Source: Thalia democratica | Taxonomy: Eukaryota | Direction of reading: 5' to 3' | DNA length: 64,000 bases | NCBI GenBank assembly: GCA_965202585.1 | Contig: OZ241827.1 | Span: forward strand, 21,576,001 to 21,640,000 | Shown here: piece by piece, positions 1 to 13,340 of the stretch | Layout of the letters: every line of letters begins with the position of its first letter | How positions within the stretch are numbered: the first letter of the stretch is position 1 | Translations under genes and position numbers: made by a program | The notes under the pieces: generated by a model | Database searches by the model: none | Told to the model about the DNA's origin: nothing | What the model saw: the letters and a program-made list of their open reading frames with translations, nothing else

Positions 1-1419
1 TAATTGAAGCCCTGTGTTTCAGCAAAGTATATGAAATAGTCAAAGTTTTGTAGGAAAAATATTTTGAATTTAAAATTACTTTATTGAGTTTAAAAAAAAA
101 AGTTTTTTTCATAACTGTTGTCATAATCTTACTTTTTGCATCAGCCGTTGTATATGCACTGAAAGACAAGAGATGCCTAAACAAAAGAAGCGAGTTTGTA
201 TCGTCTTGTAGACATATAAAAAAATCGCTTTTAAAGTTTAACAAGTTTTAATTTCATCTTAAAATAACCTAAATTTCAATTTGCATCTTAATTTTACCTT
301 TATCTCTTTCAATTATCTGTCCTAATATATAGTTACTCACTGAAGTTATATGAATTTTTGCTAGTTTATTGTCGATTGGTGAATTAGCTTTTGCACAAAC
401 CGTTTTGCATGATTTTTGATAGTTTCAAAATTACGTCATAATCTATTAATGCAAAAATTTTAACTTTCATTAGTGATTTTGTTTTGTGCTTTATTTTAAA
501 CTTGTTTTAAAGCTGATGAGTGAATAGTCACGAAACTCGAGTTCTTTGAGTTTTGCATCTTTAAATAAACCTTTTTTTAATAACAAAGCCCTCTAGGTGG
601 GCTCAGTGTGGAAAATTTAATTTATTAAGTTAAATAACTTAATTCTATATATATATATATATATATACATGAAAATAGAAAACAAATAAATATACTTGGT
701 CAGTTTTTTAATTTATTTTATATAGATTTTTTAAATACTTAATTTAGTTGAGTTCTTAATTTTTATAATCATTTTAGTTGAGCTTTAATAAATAAAAAAA
801 TAATTTTAAATTAAAATTTCATAGCATTTGAAATTTTTACCATTTTAGCTGATTCTTTATTTTTGAAATGTTTATGTTAACCACAGCAGTTTACCCACTT
901 TTGGTTTCTAACACATGCATTTTAACTTCTCCTTACCTCTTCCGTACAGAGCTGAAATGCGACTTCAAAACTATTCAAATGACTTTCTGTCTCTTCCTCG
1001 TAGATTTCGCATTTTATTGTGCCTCCTATGTACTCGTTCATAAAGCCTGACGACTTGGTTATGTCGTCGTGGATAGTGCAGTTGTTCGACAAGAATTCTA
1101 ATGCCACTGATCTGTAAAACACGTAACATAGCAAAACATTGAAAACTAAAAAAACTAAAAGTTGGTGACGAACTATAAAAATATTTTTAATGCCGGGAAG
1201 TTTTTGAACAACATTAACTTACTCCCAAGTGTCAAATTGTAATATATGCATAAAATGGGCCAAGTTTTTCTTCACCGTTGCCTTGTCGGTTGCCTTGGGG
1301 TCGTTGTAGCGCGGAAACTGACCCTTCACCCACCAATATTCGAATACCTCCCAGCCTTCGTCCTTAACTTCCAAACTTTCAACAGTGCCCTGCAGCAGCA
1401 AGAAACCGAAAACAGCCAT
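1..1419 (-). CDS. Partial multi-exon gene of unknown family, running off the left edge
   Basis: Exons 1419-1223, 1111-937, 592-502 and 204-<1 have GT/AG boundaries with consistent phases (0/2, 2/0, 0/1, 1/open). They give one open frame: MAVFGFLLLQGTVESLEVKDEGWEVFEYWWVKGQFPRY...SVALEFLSNN...RALLLKKGLFKD...DTNSLLLFRHLLSF. The true 5' end is uncertain and no family was recognised. Confidence 0.6.
646..667. repeat. (TA)11 microsatellite
   Basis: Direct reading; lies in an intron of the left-edge gene. Confidence 0.9.
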
Positions 1420-2532
1420 CTGAAAATAGCAGTTGTTTTATTGAAAGGCAGTTTTGATTTTATTTTATCAAATAAATTAGTTGATCTTATCTTAATGTTT
1501 GATAGTAAACAAAATTAAAACAAATTTATTGCAGAATGGCTAGCTTACTGCAAAACGTTTTTTACGCGATATTGATTTTTTTATGTTGTTTAATTAAAAC
1601 CATTTAGGTCTTTCTTTTTTAGTTTTAAGCCATTAGCTTAGAATTGTTATTTTATTATAGTTTGTTAATTTTTTTTTAATCATAAACTTAAAACTTAACT
1701 TTGATTTATATTAACTTTAAAACGTTTCACTTATAATACTACCAAAATCACATCAAACAGTCGACTAACCATAATTGTATTCATTTTGTTAATGTAGTAG
1801 TTTCCAATGCTTACAACGTTGTGAAAATGACTGCTTTAACTTCGATACCACTAGTTAAAGAAAAACATAAGGAAATAATTAAATATTAAAATTCAACAGT
1901 TGCACAATTAAAATAATTAACTTCCTTGTCACACTTAATTAAAAGCACAACTAAGTTATAAAAACATTACTCATAATAAAAATTTTACAAATTAGCTTAA
2001 ATTAACAGTTTTAAACATGTGATTGTTTTTGATATTTAAAAAATTTCTTAAAAATGAAACTAATTGCTTTATCGTAAACTGTAAAAAAATTATTTTTAAA
2101 CTTAATAATTACGTTTTTTTGAAGTAAAATTTTACTTAAATGTTTAAAAATTGAAAGCATCCAACATTATCTTTTACTCAATCAAACGGATTTTCTATTT
2201 ATTTCTCTAAGAATATGTTTTTTTAGAACTCACAACAAGCGCATAGTCCTTTTTATTCAACTGAATCAACAGCATTTTAAACCAGACTTTTTACTAGAAT
2301 ATGCTTGAATTGTACGAAAAGTCAGCAATGTTCGCCAACCATTTTGTGTTTTTTATAATGCTTTAAGTTTTATTTTTGTAAAGAGCTTTCAAAAAATTTA
2401 TTTTAAGGTAGTTAAACACTTTGTAGTTAAAAATGCTCAGAATAAATTTCAAATTTTCTTCGTTTAAAAATCAATAAAAGTGTTTTGAAATTTCATTTGA
2501 TAACTATTGAAATTAATTACTTTACTTAAAAC

Positions 2533-5532
2533 GCGGTAAAACTTTTTATGGGTAGTATTTTATGGGCACTATTTTAAGGGTAGAATTGCTGCAATCAATT
2601 CTGCCCATAACTTGATGTGATGTCGTTAAAATTATGGGTAGTATTTAGATATTGCTGCAATTAAATGAAAAATAAAATAATGTCTAGGCCTTGTATAAAT
2701 ATTATGAATAGTTTTTGGAGTTTTAAATTTATAAACAAATTAATTTAAATTAAAATATATACACATAAACCTATAGTTTGATTTATTTGTACATTTATTT
2801 AAATTATATTTTGTAAACTAACAGAAGTAGTGGCTAGACTTATTGAACGATTATGAATAATTTTCTTAATAATTAAGATTTAATAAAGAAAAATAATTGA
2901 ATATACTTAAAGCAATTGTATGGTTTATATTTTTTATACTAGCACAAGTAATGGCTTGGCATATTATAAATATTATCGATACTTTTTTTATTTAAGATTT
3001 AATAAAGAAAAATAGTTGAATATACTTAAACCAACTGTTTGGTTTATATTTTTTTATACTAGCACAAGTAATAGCTTGGCATATTATAAATATTATGGGT
3101 ACTTTTTTATTTATGATTTTATAAACAAAATTAAAAAAATAAAATTGAACACACATAAACCAATTGTTTTATTTATAGTTGTAAAGATGTAATTTGTATT
3201 TAGTAAACCTGAAGAAGTAGTGGTTTGGCCTTATATGTACTATTTTATGGGCACTATTTTATGTGTAAAATTTCTTCAATCAATTATGCTCATAATTTTA
3301 TGTGATTTAATTTAAATTATGGGTAGTATTTAGATGTTGCTACAATTAAATGAACAACAAAACACTGTCTAGGCCTTATATAAATATCATGGATAGTTTT
3401 TTAGTTTAACATTTAGAAACAAACAAATATAAAATATTTTAAATACACATAAACCAATAGTTTGATTTATATGTACATTTATTTAGATTATATTTTGTAA
3501 ACTAACAGAAGTAGTTGCTAGACTTATTGAAAGTTATGGATAGTTTTTTCATGTAATATTAATAAAGAAAACAAAACTTTAATACACTTAAACCAATTGT
3601 TTTATTTATAGGTATATTTATGTAATTTATATTTTTTTCACTAACAGAAGTAATGGCTTGGCATAGTACAAATATTTTGAATATTTTTTTATTTAAGACT
3701 TTATAAACAAATTTAGAAAATTAAAATTGAACACACATAAACCAATTGTTTGATATATAGTTGTATGTAAGCAATTTATATTTAGTAAACTTATAGAAGT
3801 AGTGGTTTAGCCTTATGTGTATTATTTTATGGGCACTTCTTTGTGTACAAATGCTTCAATCAATTATGCCCATAATTTGATGTGATTTAATTTAAATTAT
3901 GGGTAGTATTGAGATGTTGCTACAATTAAGTTGCTGCAATTAAATGAAAATCAAATACTGTCTAGGCCTTACTATAAGTGTTATGGATAGTTTTTGTAGT
4001 TTTGGATTTATAAACAAACAAATGAAAAATAACTTGAATACACATAAACCAATAGATTGATTTATTTGTATATTTATTTAAATTATCCTTTGTAAACTAA
4101 CAGCAGCAATGGCTAGACTTATTAAAAGATTATGAATAGCTTTATTATTTTATATTTTATAAAGAAAAAAAAACTTGAATACACTTATACCAATTGTTTG
4201 ATTTTTTGTTCATAGTTGATTTGTTTGGTTACAGTAACAGTGGTTTAGTCTAGATTTCAGCATTTTCTATTTGGTTATTCTTTGAACTATCTTTAAAGAT
4301 TACTATTTTGAATTAAGTTTAGAATACTGAAAAACTTGTTCAAATTCTGTAACTTAAATAATTTAACTTATAACATAATCTTTAACTCAACAAATAACTT
4401 TAACCTTTAACCTATTCTTTAAAAAATTTTTTATTAATCTGATAAAATCAAAGAAAATAAAATATTGTTTTTTTGCTTACAAATATTTATTGCCTTTTAT
4501 TATAAAAATTTTAGAGTAAAACAATTATTTAATTTTTAAATTTATTTACACTAAGGCAACAATGTTTCACCCCTTAGGAATCTTCAGGCCTGCAAAATAA
4601 AATAAACATAAGACGATGGATAACTAAAAATATTCAATAATGCAAGAAATTATAATTAAATTCAAATTAAATTAAAAAATGTATAATGTTATAACTAGAT
4701 AATTAATTAACAAAATTAAAAATCAATAATAATGAAAAAGACTTTTAAATTTTAAATATGATTTATACTTACAATAGCTGATTTGTTCTATACAAATTTA
4801 GATTTAGCTTATAACAAGACAAACAATTATCAAAACTTTAGAAACTAATATTTGAAAATAGAAGGAATTTCTTAGTCGTTGATATTATTAATGCTTAATT
4901 TTTAATAACATCTCACTATAAAAGTTAGTGTTTATTTTAAACTAAAGTTACATTAAAAAAACACTTTGCTGCTGACACTTTTACTTCTTTTAAAATTTCA
5001 TATCTTGTAAAAAAATTCAAAATATTTCATACAATACAAAATATATACAAATGTAAAAATTATATTTTCTTCAAAAAAATATGTTTTGTTACATTTTTTT
5101 TTTTTTTTATAATTAGAAATAAAAATTGCCGATATTAAAAACAAAAACAAAAAAAAATATTATAAGTGACACACTAATTTTTGAAGTGATTTAATTATTT
5201 AAAAAAACAAGCATTCATAAACTTAACTATAAGTAAATTTTTAACACTTAAAATACTAACGTAATATTTTCAATGTTTTGTTTTAGTCAGTATTCTTTAT
5301 ATTCCATAAACATAAATTTAAGTTTAACATTTTAGAGGCCTAGACAGTTTTTTTTTTTTGTTTACAAATGAAAAGTACAAGAATTTATTTCACTTAATTT
5401 CAGCAACTTAATTGCAGCAAATACTACCCACAATTTTGATGACATCACCTAAAATTAAGAGCATATTTAATTGCAGTAATTCTACGCATAAAATAATGCC
5501 CATAAAATACTACCCATAAAAAGACCTACCCC
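2533..5532. mobile_element. Non-autonomous foldback/MULE-like DNA transposon in intron 1 of copy C
   Basis: Long imperfect TIRs (about 2533-2690 vs reverse complement of 5337-5532). Duplicated target acttaaaacgc/ccttaaaacgc (7-11 bp depending on boundary). Internal tandem arrays and no transposase ORF. Copy A intron 1 has a single ttaaaac at the equivalent position. Confidence 0.75.
2545..4250. repeat. Tandem array of about 580-690 bp units with shorter subrepeats, inside the foldback element
   Basis: Marker ttttatgggcact recurs at about 2557, 3244 and 3826. The submotif aactaacagaagtagt..gct recurs within units. Confidence 0.8.
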
Positions 5533-8500
5533 TTAAAACGCTTGAAAAACTAAAGACACTTTCAAAGAAATAAAAACTGGAAAGTATTTCATTACTCTTA
5601 ATTTTTAGACAAATTTTGATTAGTCCTTATCTACTTTAAAGTATTATGTATAAACACCGGCTTAGAAACAGCTTTCTTCAAAACTACTTCAAGTAAACCC
5701 TATTCATGTTTTGAATGATTCCAGCAGATTTTTTGGAACCAGCAGTCAGAAACCATTAAAAGTTCAGCATGCCTGTAGGTTCGCAGTCGTCTGAAGTCAG
5801 TATTAAAAGTTGTTGGAGCAACGGGGACGTGAAATATCAGTTTGGACAACACAAAGAAGGCGCAGCTGTGTTTAGAAATAATCTTTGTAGTCTGATTGCC
5901 TCAATAGAAGCTTGCTGTAAGGGTTTGTCGGAAGAAAAGTGCAGAGATAAAAATTCTACACAATCTTCAGTCAGCTTGAGGTTATTTTTTAGAGTTGAAA
6001 ACTTGTTTAAGTAATAATAAAAAAGTATTTTTTTCGATATAGATTGCATAATTTAGTCAAACAAACCTTTAACCAATCAAGCATTTGAACTAAGATTTTA
6101 TTAGCTTCGATAACTTTTTAGTTTTATAAAACTTATTAAAAATTAACGGAAATTAATCTAGTGTATGAAATGTGGTAATTTTATGATGTTTGATAAAAAT
6201 AATGAAAATAATTGAAAAAACAAACAAAAATTGTTGTACCGACTCAAATTGATTTGCAGAAACGCCATTGGTCAATTTTAAACCAATCAAGCAACAGCAT
6301 GCTTTAAAGTCATATTCGAGCAAGGCAAAATTTTGCTTCGAAATATCGTGAGTTGTGATGATGAAGTTTTTTATTTAAATTTATGATCTTTTTTTTTAAT
6401 TTGAATACTTAGTGTATTAAATAGTTAAATAGCTTCAAGTTGTAATTTTTTTTTTGTTTTACAAAACTAAATGTTATCAATAATTATTAACTAATTTCTA
6501 AAAAAGTAGTATTGAAGTTTAGAAAAAGTCTTGTATCTCACAATTATTGTAAAAACCAATTTCAAAAAAAAAGTATTATTGAAAAAAAATCTAGCAGTGA
6601 ATTATTCAACTTAATGTCAACAAACGTTTGAAAAATTGACCAGTAAAATTTTCTCAAGCTCTTAAACGAACCATTAACAGTTGTTTAATATATTTATACT
6701 GCTTAGTCATTTTTAGCTTGTAGTAAAACGCTGTTAATAAAGACTGCTTGTTTAAACTCTTATAGTTTATTCAAACTTACAGTATTTCATTCTTTTTTGT
6801 TTATACAAAGTTGTGTCTTAAAAGTCTAAAATCGACCGTTGAAGCTAATTTGCACAAAATTAATAACAAATAGTAAATTTTCTAACTTACTGAAAAACCA
6901 GGGTCTTACTTTTCACTTTAAATCAATCGACGATATTCAAACCTACACCCGATGACTAAAGAATACTTCACTTCCCGTATCACCATGGTAACCGGTTGTC
7001 AGGGATGAGCAGTTAGGAGGTGCCCTCACCTTCGCAATACTTGTCAAGATCAAGATCTTGATCATTCAGGACTTGAATTTATTTTTAATTCAAGAACAAT
7101 GAATAAAATATTGTAGAATTGAGTATTTTTATTATAGACGTATAAGTAAATTTAAATTAGACCATATTAGTCTCATTTCGTTTAAAGATAATGTAAAGTT
7201 CAAAATACAGTATGTAAAACAAAATCGAATGTCAGTAACAACAATATCTAGGTTATTGTGATACCACAATAAAATTATTTTAAAGTTAATTTTTACTTTA
7301 TACAAAAAGTTGTAAGCGAAGTGTATGAAACAGTTTAAAAGACAAAAAAAAACAATTAGTCATTTTAGATTATATGTTGTTTTTTTTTTTTGTTATAAAA
7401 GAAACAGGAGGGAGTTATTAAAATTTTTAAGTATCAAAAAAAATAAAAAAAAAGCATCACTTTCAAAAAATTTAGAATACAAAAAAAAGTTTTGGATCTT
7501 TTATTACAATTATGAAATTCGTACACCTGGGAATTAGGGTTTTATTACTTTTGTTATTGGTAATAACGTCAAACTTAATCAAGTTTGTTTAAAATAAAAT
7601 TTTATTCAGTTAATTGTTGAACGTACTAAAGGAAACCGACAAAACGTTATAGTCTGAGTTCTAGTTTAATGTAAAGTTTTATTACGCTAAAGTACGAGTA
7701 GATTAATTTAAATATATTTTAATAAAAAGAAATGATAACTGAACTTTTATTTAAGTTTAAATTACATAAAATTGGCAAAAAACTTTGTAGAGCATTTAAT
7801 ATCTATATTGTTTGAAACGAGCTTTACATTTAAACAAGACTTTTAGTATTTTTTGATAAATTGTGTATATGTCAATCTTGTCAGTAATATCATTCATTTC
7901 GCTGTGTCGTTTCGACAACAAAATTTTTAACAAAGTCGATAACAATATTGTTTTATAAATTGTTTTTATTAACTGTGATATTGTAATTTGTTTTGTGCTC
8001 TTTTGAGGTTATAAACTCATAACAACATTGAACTTAAAATATTTAAATAATTACGAACAAAAATTAACCAAAAAAAAGAAATTTCGTATTACAATTTATA
8101 AATCAAAACAACTCTTTTAATGCACTACCTAATATATGTTTATTCGGAATATATGCTTAAAAAATAAAAATAAGTTTTGATTATTTCAGTGTAACACAGC
8201 GGATAGAGTTAGAAAAGAGCTTTCAGTTGCAAAAGTATGTTGCCAAGAGGGAAAGATTAGGACTTGCAGAGCATCTTGGTCTTACTGATGCACAGGTTTA
8301 AAATACAAAACAAAAATTTAAAAACAAAAGTCCATACAATTTTGTGTGTCGCTTATTATTTTTTGTTTGTGGTATATTTATCAAAGCTGTTTACTTAATA
8401 ACTAAATTTTACTTATTATCAAGTTATTACTTTTACAACTAGTCGGGAAGTTTAGTCTTACAATTTTGCTTTAAAATTATTTTAATTTTATTATTTTTTT

Positions 8501-11229
8501 TCCATAGTCCGTGAGTAGTGAATATTCATGGTAACAAACACAATTTAAAGAGTATTTAACAAACTTTATAAAACTTTAAATACATTTTATAAAATAGTGA
8601 GTAAACAATATTTATTTTTGTAAGAAAGTAAATGAAAAACTAAGTCTTATTAAGATACAAAATGTTCAAAAACGGATTTTAAATCAAAGTTTAAAAAATT
8701 TTTTTAAATACTTTCTAGGTAAGAATCTGGTATCAAAGTAGAAGAATGGAATAGCGGTTAGACAAAAAATTGTATTTTTAGACATTGAGAAAAAATTTCT
8801 GACTAATAATAAAAAATATTTTCATTTTTTAAAACAATATTTAAAAAGAAACATAATTGCTTGTTAGAAACTTTTGACAGATTTAAGAGTATAAAAAACA
8901 AGACAATAAAATTGTTATAAAAATACAGAACAAAAATACATAACAAGAAAACTTATGTTAGTATACTACACATTGTTGATAATTGAATAAAACTTTGTAT
9001 GAGTAATTATAACTACATTTTATAATTTTTTTATTCATTTTTACTGAAAAATTAACAGTTAAAACCAGTAAACAGTTAGTTAGTTAATAATTATAGATCA
9101 TTAGTATTTTTTCTGATCAAAATGTTTCATAACATTATTATTAATTTCATGTTAGTAGCTAATGAGTTTTTTTATTTCCTGACTTTGTACTGGTGCACTT
9201 TGTACAAATTTTTATAAACTATTTAGTAAAAAATTGCTTTATTTTAAAAATTGCTAGTAAATAATTAAAGTTTCTTAATCAGTTGTTTCGATTTAAAAAA
9301 GTATATAAAGTTTTATTATCAAGCCAATGCCTTTTTTTTTTTACTTCAATTTACTTCAAAAGTATTGTTTATTCATCATTAATATTTTTCTACGTATATA
9401 ACAAAATAAAACCACTATACTGAACTTTTGTATATGCAATAATGGTATTTTCTAGTTCATAAGTTAAGTAGAATAGGGTTTGGTTAACATTGATCAACTA
9501 TTTAAGTAAATACTAAAATAAACCACTTTGAAGTATTAAGTATAAAAAATTAAAGCTTGCTTAACTATTTTGTTTCTAAACAAGCAAGTTAATGAGAAAC
9601 GTCCACGATAAATCATAATCAGCTTGTTTTAGCAGAGAAAATAATTTATTAAGTCATAATAAATCACAAAGTTTAACAATTTGTAAAGCTGCCTGATTTA
9701 TTTAACGCAATGAAGACTTATACCGAATCAAATTATCACGTAAATTATTTTAATCCTAACCTAGACAAACAAGCTTAAGTTTTTTAAAAGTTTTAAATTT
9801 TCAAACAAAACCAATAAAAACACAATAAAAATCTAAGTTGAAATGTTTTTTGTTTCAATGTTTTTACTATATTAAATGTTAAACTAGTAAAAAAATAACA
9901 TCGTCATAAATAGTTTTTCATATTTAAACTTGTAAAGTTTGCTGCAAAAGATGCTATTTAAACGAAAAAACACTTTTATTGTGATAGTTCGATTTTAAAG
10001 TCTTTCTGTTGCATTTTTCAAAACAACTAGAATATTCTAAAGAACATTTTTGTGATTTTAAACATTAGACAAAATCTTAATACTAGAGTTTCAGAAAATT
10101 ATAAAAGCCTAATTACAAAATTTTTGACATTGATACTTCTTGTATAAACAGCTTAATTTGAAAATTTTAATGCGTTTTGTAAACAAGACAGGTTTTAAAT
10201 AACTATGATAATAAACTTTAAAGCGAAGCGTTACTGTATACATTTGTCTTAATTTAAATCAAATAAAGATAATTAGAACATACAATGTAATTACAGAAAA
10301 AATACAAAATTTTCAGCCTTTTTTCTATCTGTTTTCAATCTACTTGACATGATTTATTTAGTAAACAATTCAAATAAAATTGTTCAGTTTTAAATTAAAA
10401 GATTGACAATAGGTTGGTTATTACTTCCCAGGCGAGGGAAAAACAAAATTCACTTAATCGCTTAAAAAGCTATGTTATTTTTTTTACTTTTAAGGTCATA
10501 AAAATTAAGTAACAACTTAAGGAAAAAATGTTATGTTTTGAGACTAACTTGGTTTTTTTGATCAGGCGTTTAATAAGTTCCTAAAATTCTTTGTTTTGTC
10601 TAGCAAAATTTGTACATAAAAGACAGAGAGTCGATTTGTAGTTTTTTTTCTAAATTACGAGTAAAAAATAGTTTAGTTTAATATTTTTCTGTAGAATATT
10701 TTTAAAGTCTCAAGGATAAAACTTTTTTTTTAATTTAGCACATGTTTATTTATATTTTATACCGCTAAAAATAAACACTATTTGACGAACAAACTAACAC
10801 AACAAAGGCTATACTAGCTTTAAAATATGCTTCAACTAGTTTTGAGTAAAAGTTATAAAACAAAATAATAATTGCTAAAAATGCTTTATGCTTATAAAGT
10901 CGTACAGTGTTAATTTAGAAATATTTTTCAGATTAAAACTCTATAAGAAAGCCTTTTTAGATAAGATTTATAATTACTTTGTTTTTCTTTGTAAAAAAAG
11001 TTAGAGTTAAAAAAATTTTGTGTCATGAAGTACTTTGTTTTAAAACAAAACTTAATTTAAACACCTAGACTGCATAGTTGTTATCTTAGCATTTTATATA
11101 CTAACTATAATTAAATGTTCAGTAAGAAACTTCTCATTTCAAAACAAAACATTTTGATGTTCTTAAAACTTCATAAATTTTAAAAATATACTAAAACTAC
11201 TCCATGATTTAGTTACTTAAATTTTGTTA

Positions 11230-11600
11230 GATTTTCAAAGAAGTTGTAAGAAATGCTAGTTTTAAACAAAAGCTTACAAACTGCACAGTATTGTTAAAAG
11301 CTAAAATAAATGCAAATTTTTCATTGTTGCATAAATCACATGTCACCAATAAACGTGTTGCCGCTGAAAATAAAGTATAAATTGTGTGAGTGTGCCATAT
11401 TTGCTTTATTGTTTGCAAAACAATAGTTGTGACAGCCGCCGTTTTTGAATAGATAAAACATTTGAACTAGTTCAAATAAGTTGTGTTAATAGAATCAAAC
11501 TGTTATAAGAAAATCTGTAGGAAGTATGCCAATTGCCATAGGCTTGTTACACAATTGAAAGTGTTTGCAAAAAATGTGTGGCTATTGCTAGTCAAAACGA
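11230..11600. promoter_or_regulatory. Candidate distal cis-regulatory block upstream of Hlx-A
   Basis: Near-identical inverted copy at about 41395-41830 while neighbouring DNA is diverged; several AACAAT/ATTGTT (Sox-type) words. Function is inferred. Confidence 0.35.
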
Positions 11601-11919
11601 AGTACATCAGCATTATTGCCAAACATGCTATTTAAGATAAATATAGTTAAAGTTTTTAAAATATTTTTATTAACCATAATAAGCTTTTGAACAATTTCTA
11701 AAGCACCCAGTTGAAGATTATTAAATAAAAATAATCGATTATATCTATAACCTTTTTCTTTTAAAACTTAAATAAAAAAGGTTTAATTTTGACATCAAGA
11801 ATTTAATTCTATTGCTTACTATAAACAGGTAACTACATTTAAGATGAAAAGGAAACGTTTTAGCAACCACAGTTAGAAAAATGGTTAAACAAAGTTTAAC
11901 TTGATGTTGAGTTTTGTTC

Positions 11920-11960
11920 ATTCAGAGTAATTAATCTTGGCTGCTTGTCACTTACGACTA
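11920..11960. promoter_or_regulatory. Candidate conserved TAAT + TGTCA element
   Basis: gtaattaatcttggctgcttgtcacttac. Inverted homologues at about 41040, 26031 and 45656. Confidence 0.4.
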
Positions 11961-12769
11961 CAGTCAATTCAACTTTTATATCTCGTGATTTTAAATAGAT
12001 GTTTTTCATATTGATTACTAAGTAAAGCAGTTTATGCAAAAATAAGTATTTATGTCCTTTTAATTTTCGAACTAGTTTAAAAAAACGATACGTTATTGGA
12101 GTTTTAAAGACAACACATAAAACCTAGTAATCGACAATCTGTCTAAATTATAAAAATTTTATGTTAAAAATTTTCAGTTTAATTTGTTTTATGTCGCTAT
12201 ATTTAAAATTACTTTAGGAAAGTAAATTTAAGTTTAATTTTTAAAACGAAAACATACACTATGGTATACTGAAAACTTATTTATTGTAATTGTAGTTTTA
12301 TAACTTCTTAATATAAGTATAATTAAATTATTTACAATGTTTAACTTTAAATCGTTTTTTAAGTCTTATGTTTTTTGGAAGCTTATATTGAGTTGCTTCA
12401 AATTTTTTGCAGCTTTCGCTTTTATAAACTAAAAAAAATTAATTTTCTAAATTTAAATGTTGGTTTCAAAATATAAGCAAAAGGAACTTTTGTAATTTGT
12501 TGTAATTCAAATTATAAAATTGTTTAATTGTTAGGAAATTTTGATTGAAAGATAATATGTATTTAATCATTATGTTAATAATTCTGTATTATTCTCAAAC
12601 AATAAGGTAGTTTTTTTTTCAAAAACGTATAATTATAGTAACTGTTTTTATAAAAAAATGAAATCCATCATATGTTCTTACTTTTTGTATTTAAATTTCT
12701 TTATTAGTTTAATCATATTGATTTTCAAAAGTGCACAATTAGAATTGTTTATTAATTAAAAAAAAAAAG

Positions 12770-13340
12770 TTTTTATTGAAAATAAGTTTTGATTCAACAA
12801 ACTTTATACACACACGATGATTTATTAGCTTAAGAACAAATTTGTGATTCAGTTTGAACTGACATATTCTGCGAAGCCATTCAAACGCGCTGATGATAAA
12901 TCGAAATTAGAACAATGTACATAAGGGATTGAATTGTAAGTTGTTCGATTGTATTAAACTATAAAAGGACGGAAGTAAAAAAAAGCTCAACACTTTAAAC
13001 AGAGCTGATTTTTTTAGTATTTAAAATTTAGTCTTCATTGCAAAAGAAGTTTGAAATCGTATAAAAGCTTGTTGTTAACTTTTTACATTGCGGTAGATTA
13101 GATTTCAATTAATCATCGCGGCTTGAAAAGTAGCAAGTGTCAACTTTTTGTTGCTAAGCAACAAGGCCGTTGCAGGAAACAAATGCTTGATTTTATTGTA
13201 CTCAGAAGTGACAAATTATTTTCTCGAAAACTTGATGCAAGTTCGAATAAACATTTACTGAATTATTTTTCCCCATTTTTTTTTTTTTTTTTTTAAATGG
13301 AAGTTAAGTTTAAGTAATGAATCAAACAGAACAACATTTG
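12770..13340. promoter_or_regulatory. Candidate enhancer conserved in four copies
   Basis: Near-identical inverted copy at 39305-39900. Older homologues at about 24490-24880 and 43440-43860 keep the cores GGAAACAAAT and TGACA.ATTATTTTC. Confidence 0.5.

Larger units (their letters stand above)
2227..8754 (+). pseudogene. Hlx: Hlx-like homeobox pseudogene (copy C)
   Basis: Homologues of all six exons in order: ex1 about 2227-2341 (ATG lost, in-frame TAG, donor lost), ex2 about 5600-6012 (diverged), ex3 about 6237-6345, ex4 about 6925-7050 (3' part encoding [11 protein letters not shown] missing), ex5 8190-8295 (intact), ex6 8719-8754 (VRIWYQSRRME*, stop in helix 3). Confidence 0.85.

Noticed and set aside
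1815-1850. 36-nt AG/GT-bounded micro-exon candidate on the minus strand
   Set aside because: No phase joins it to the 1419 exon without a stop; it could only be UTR.
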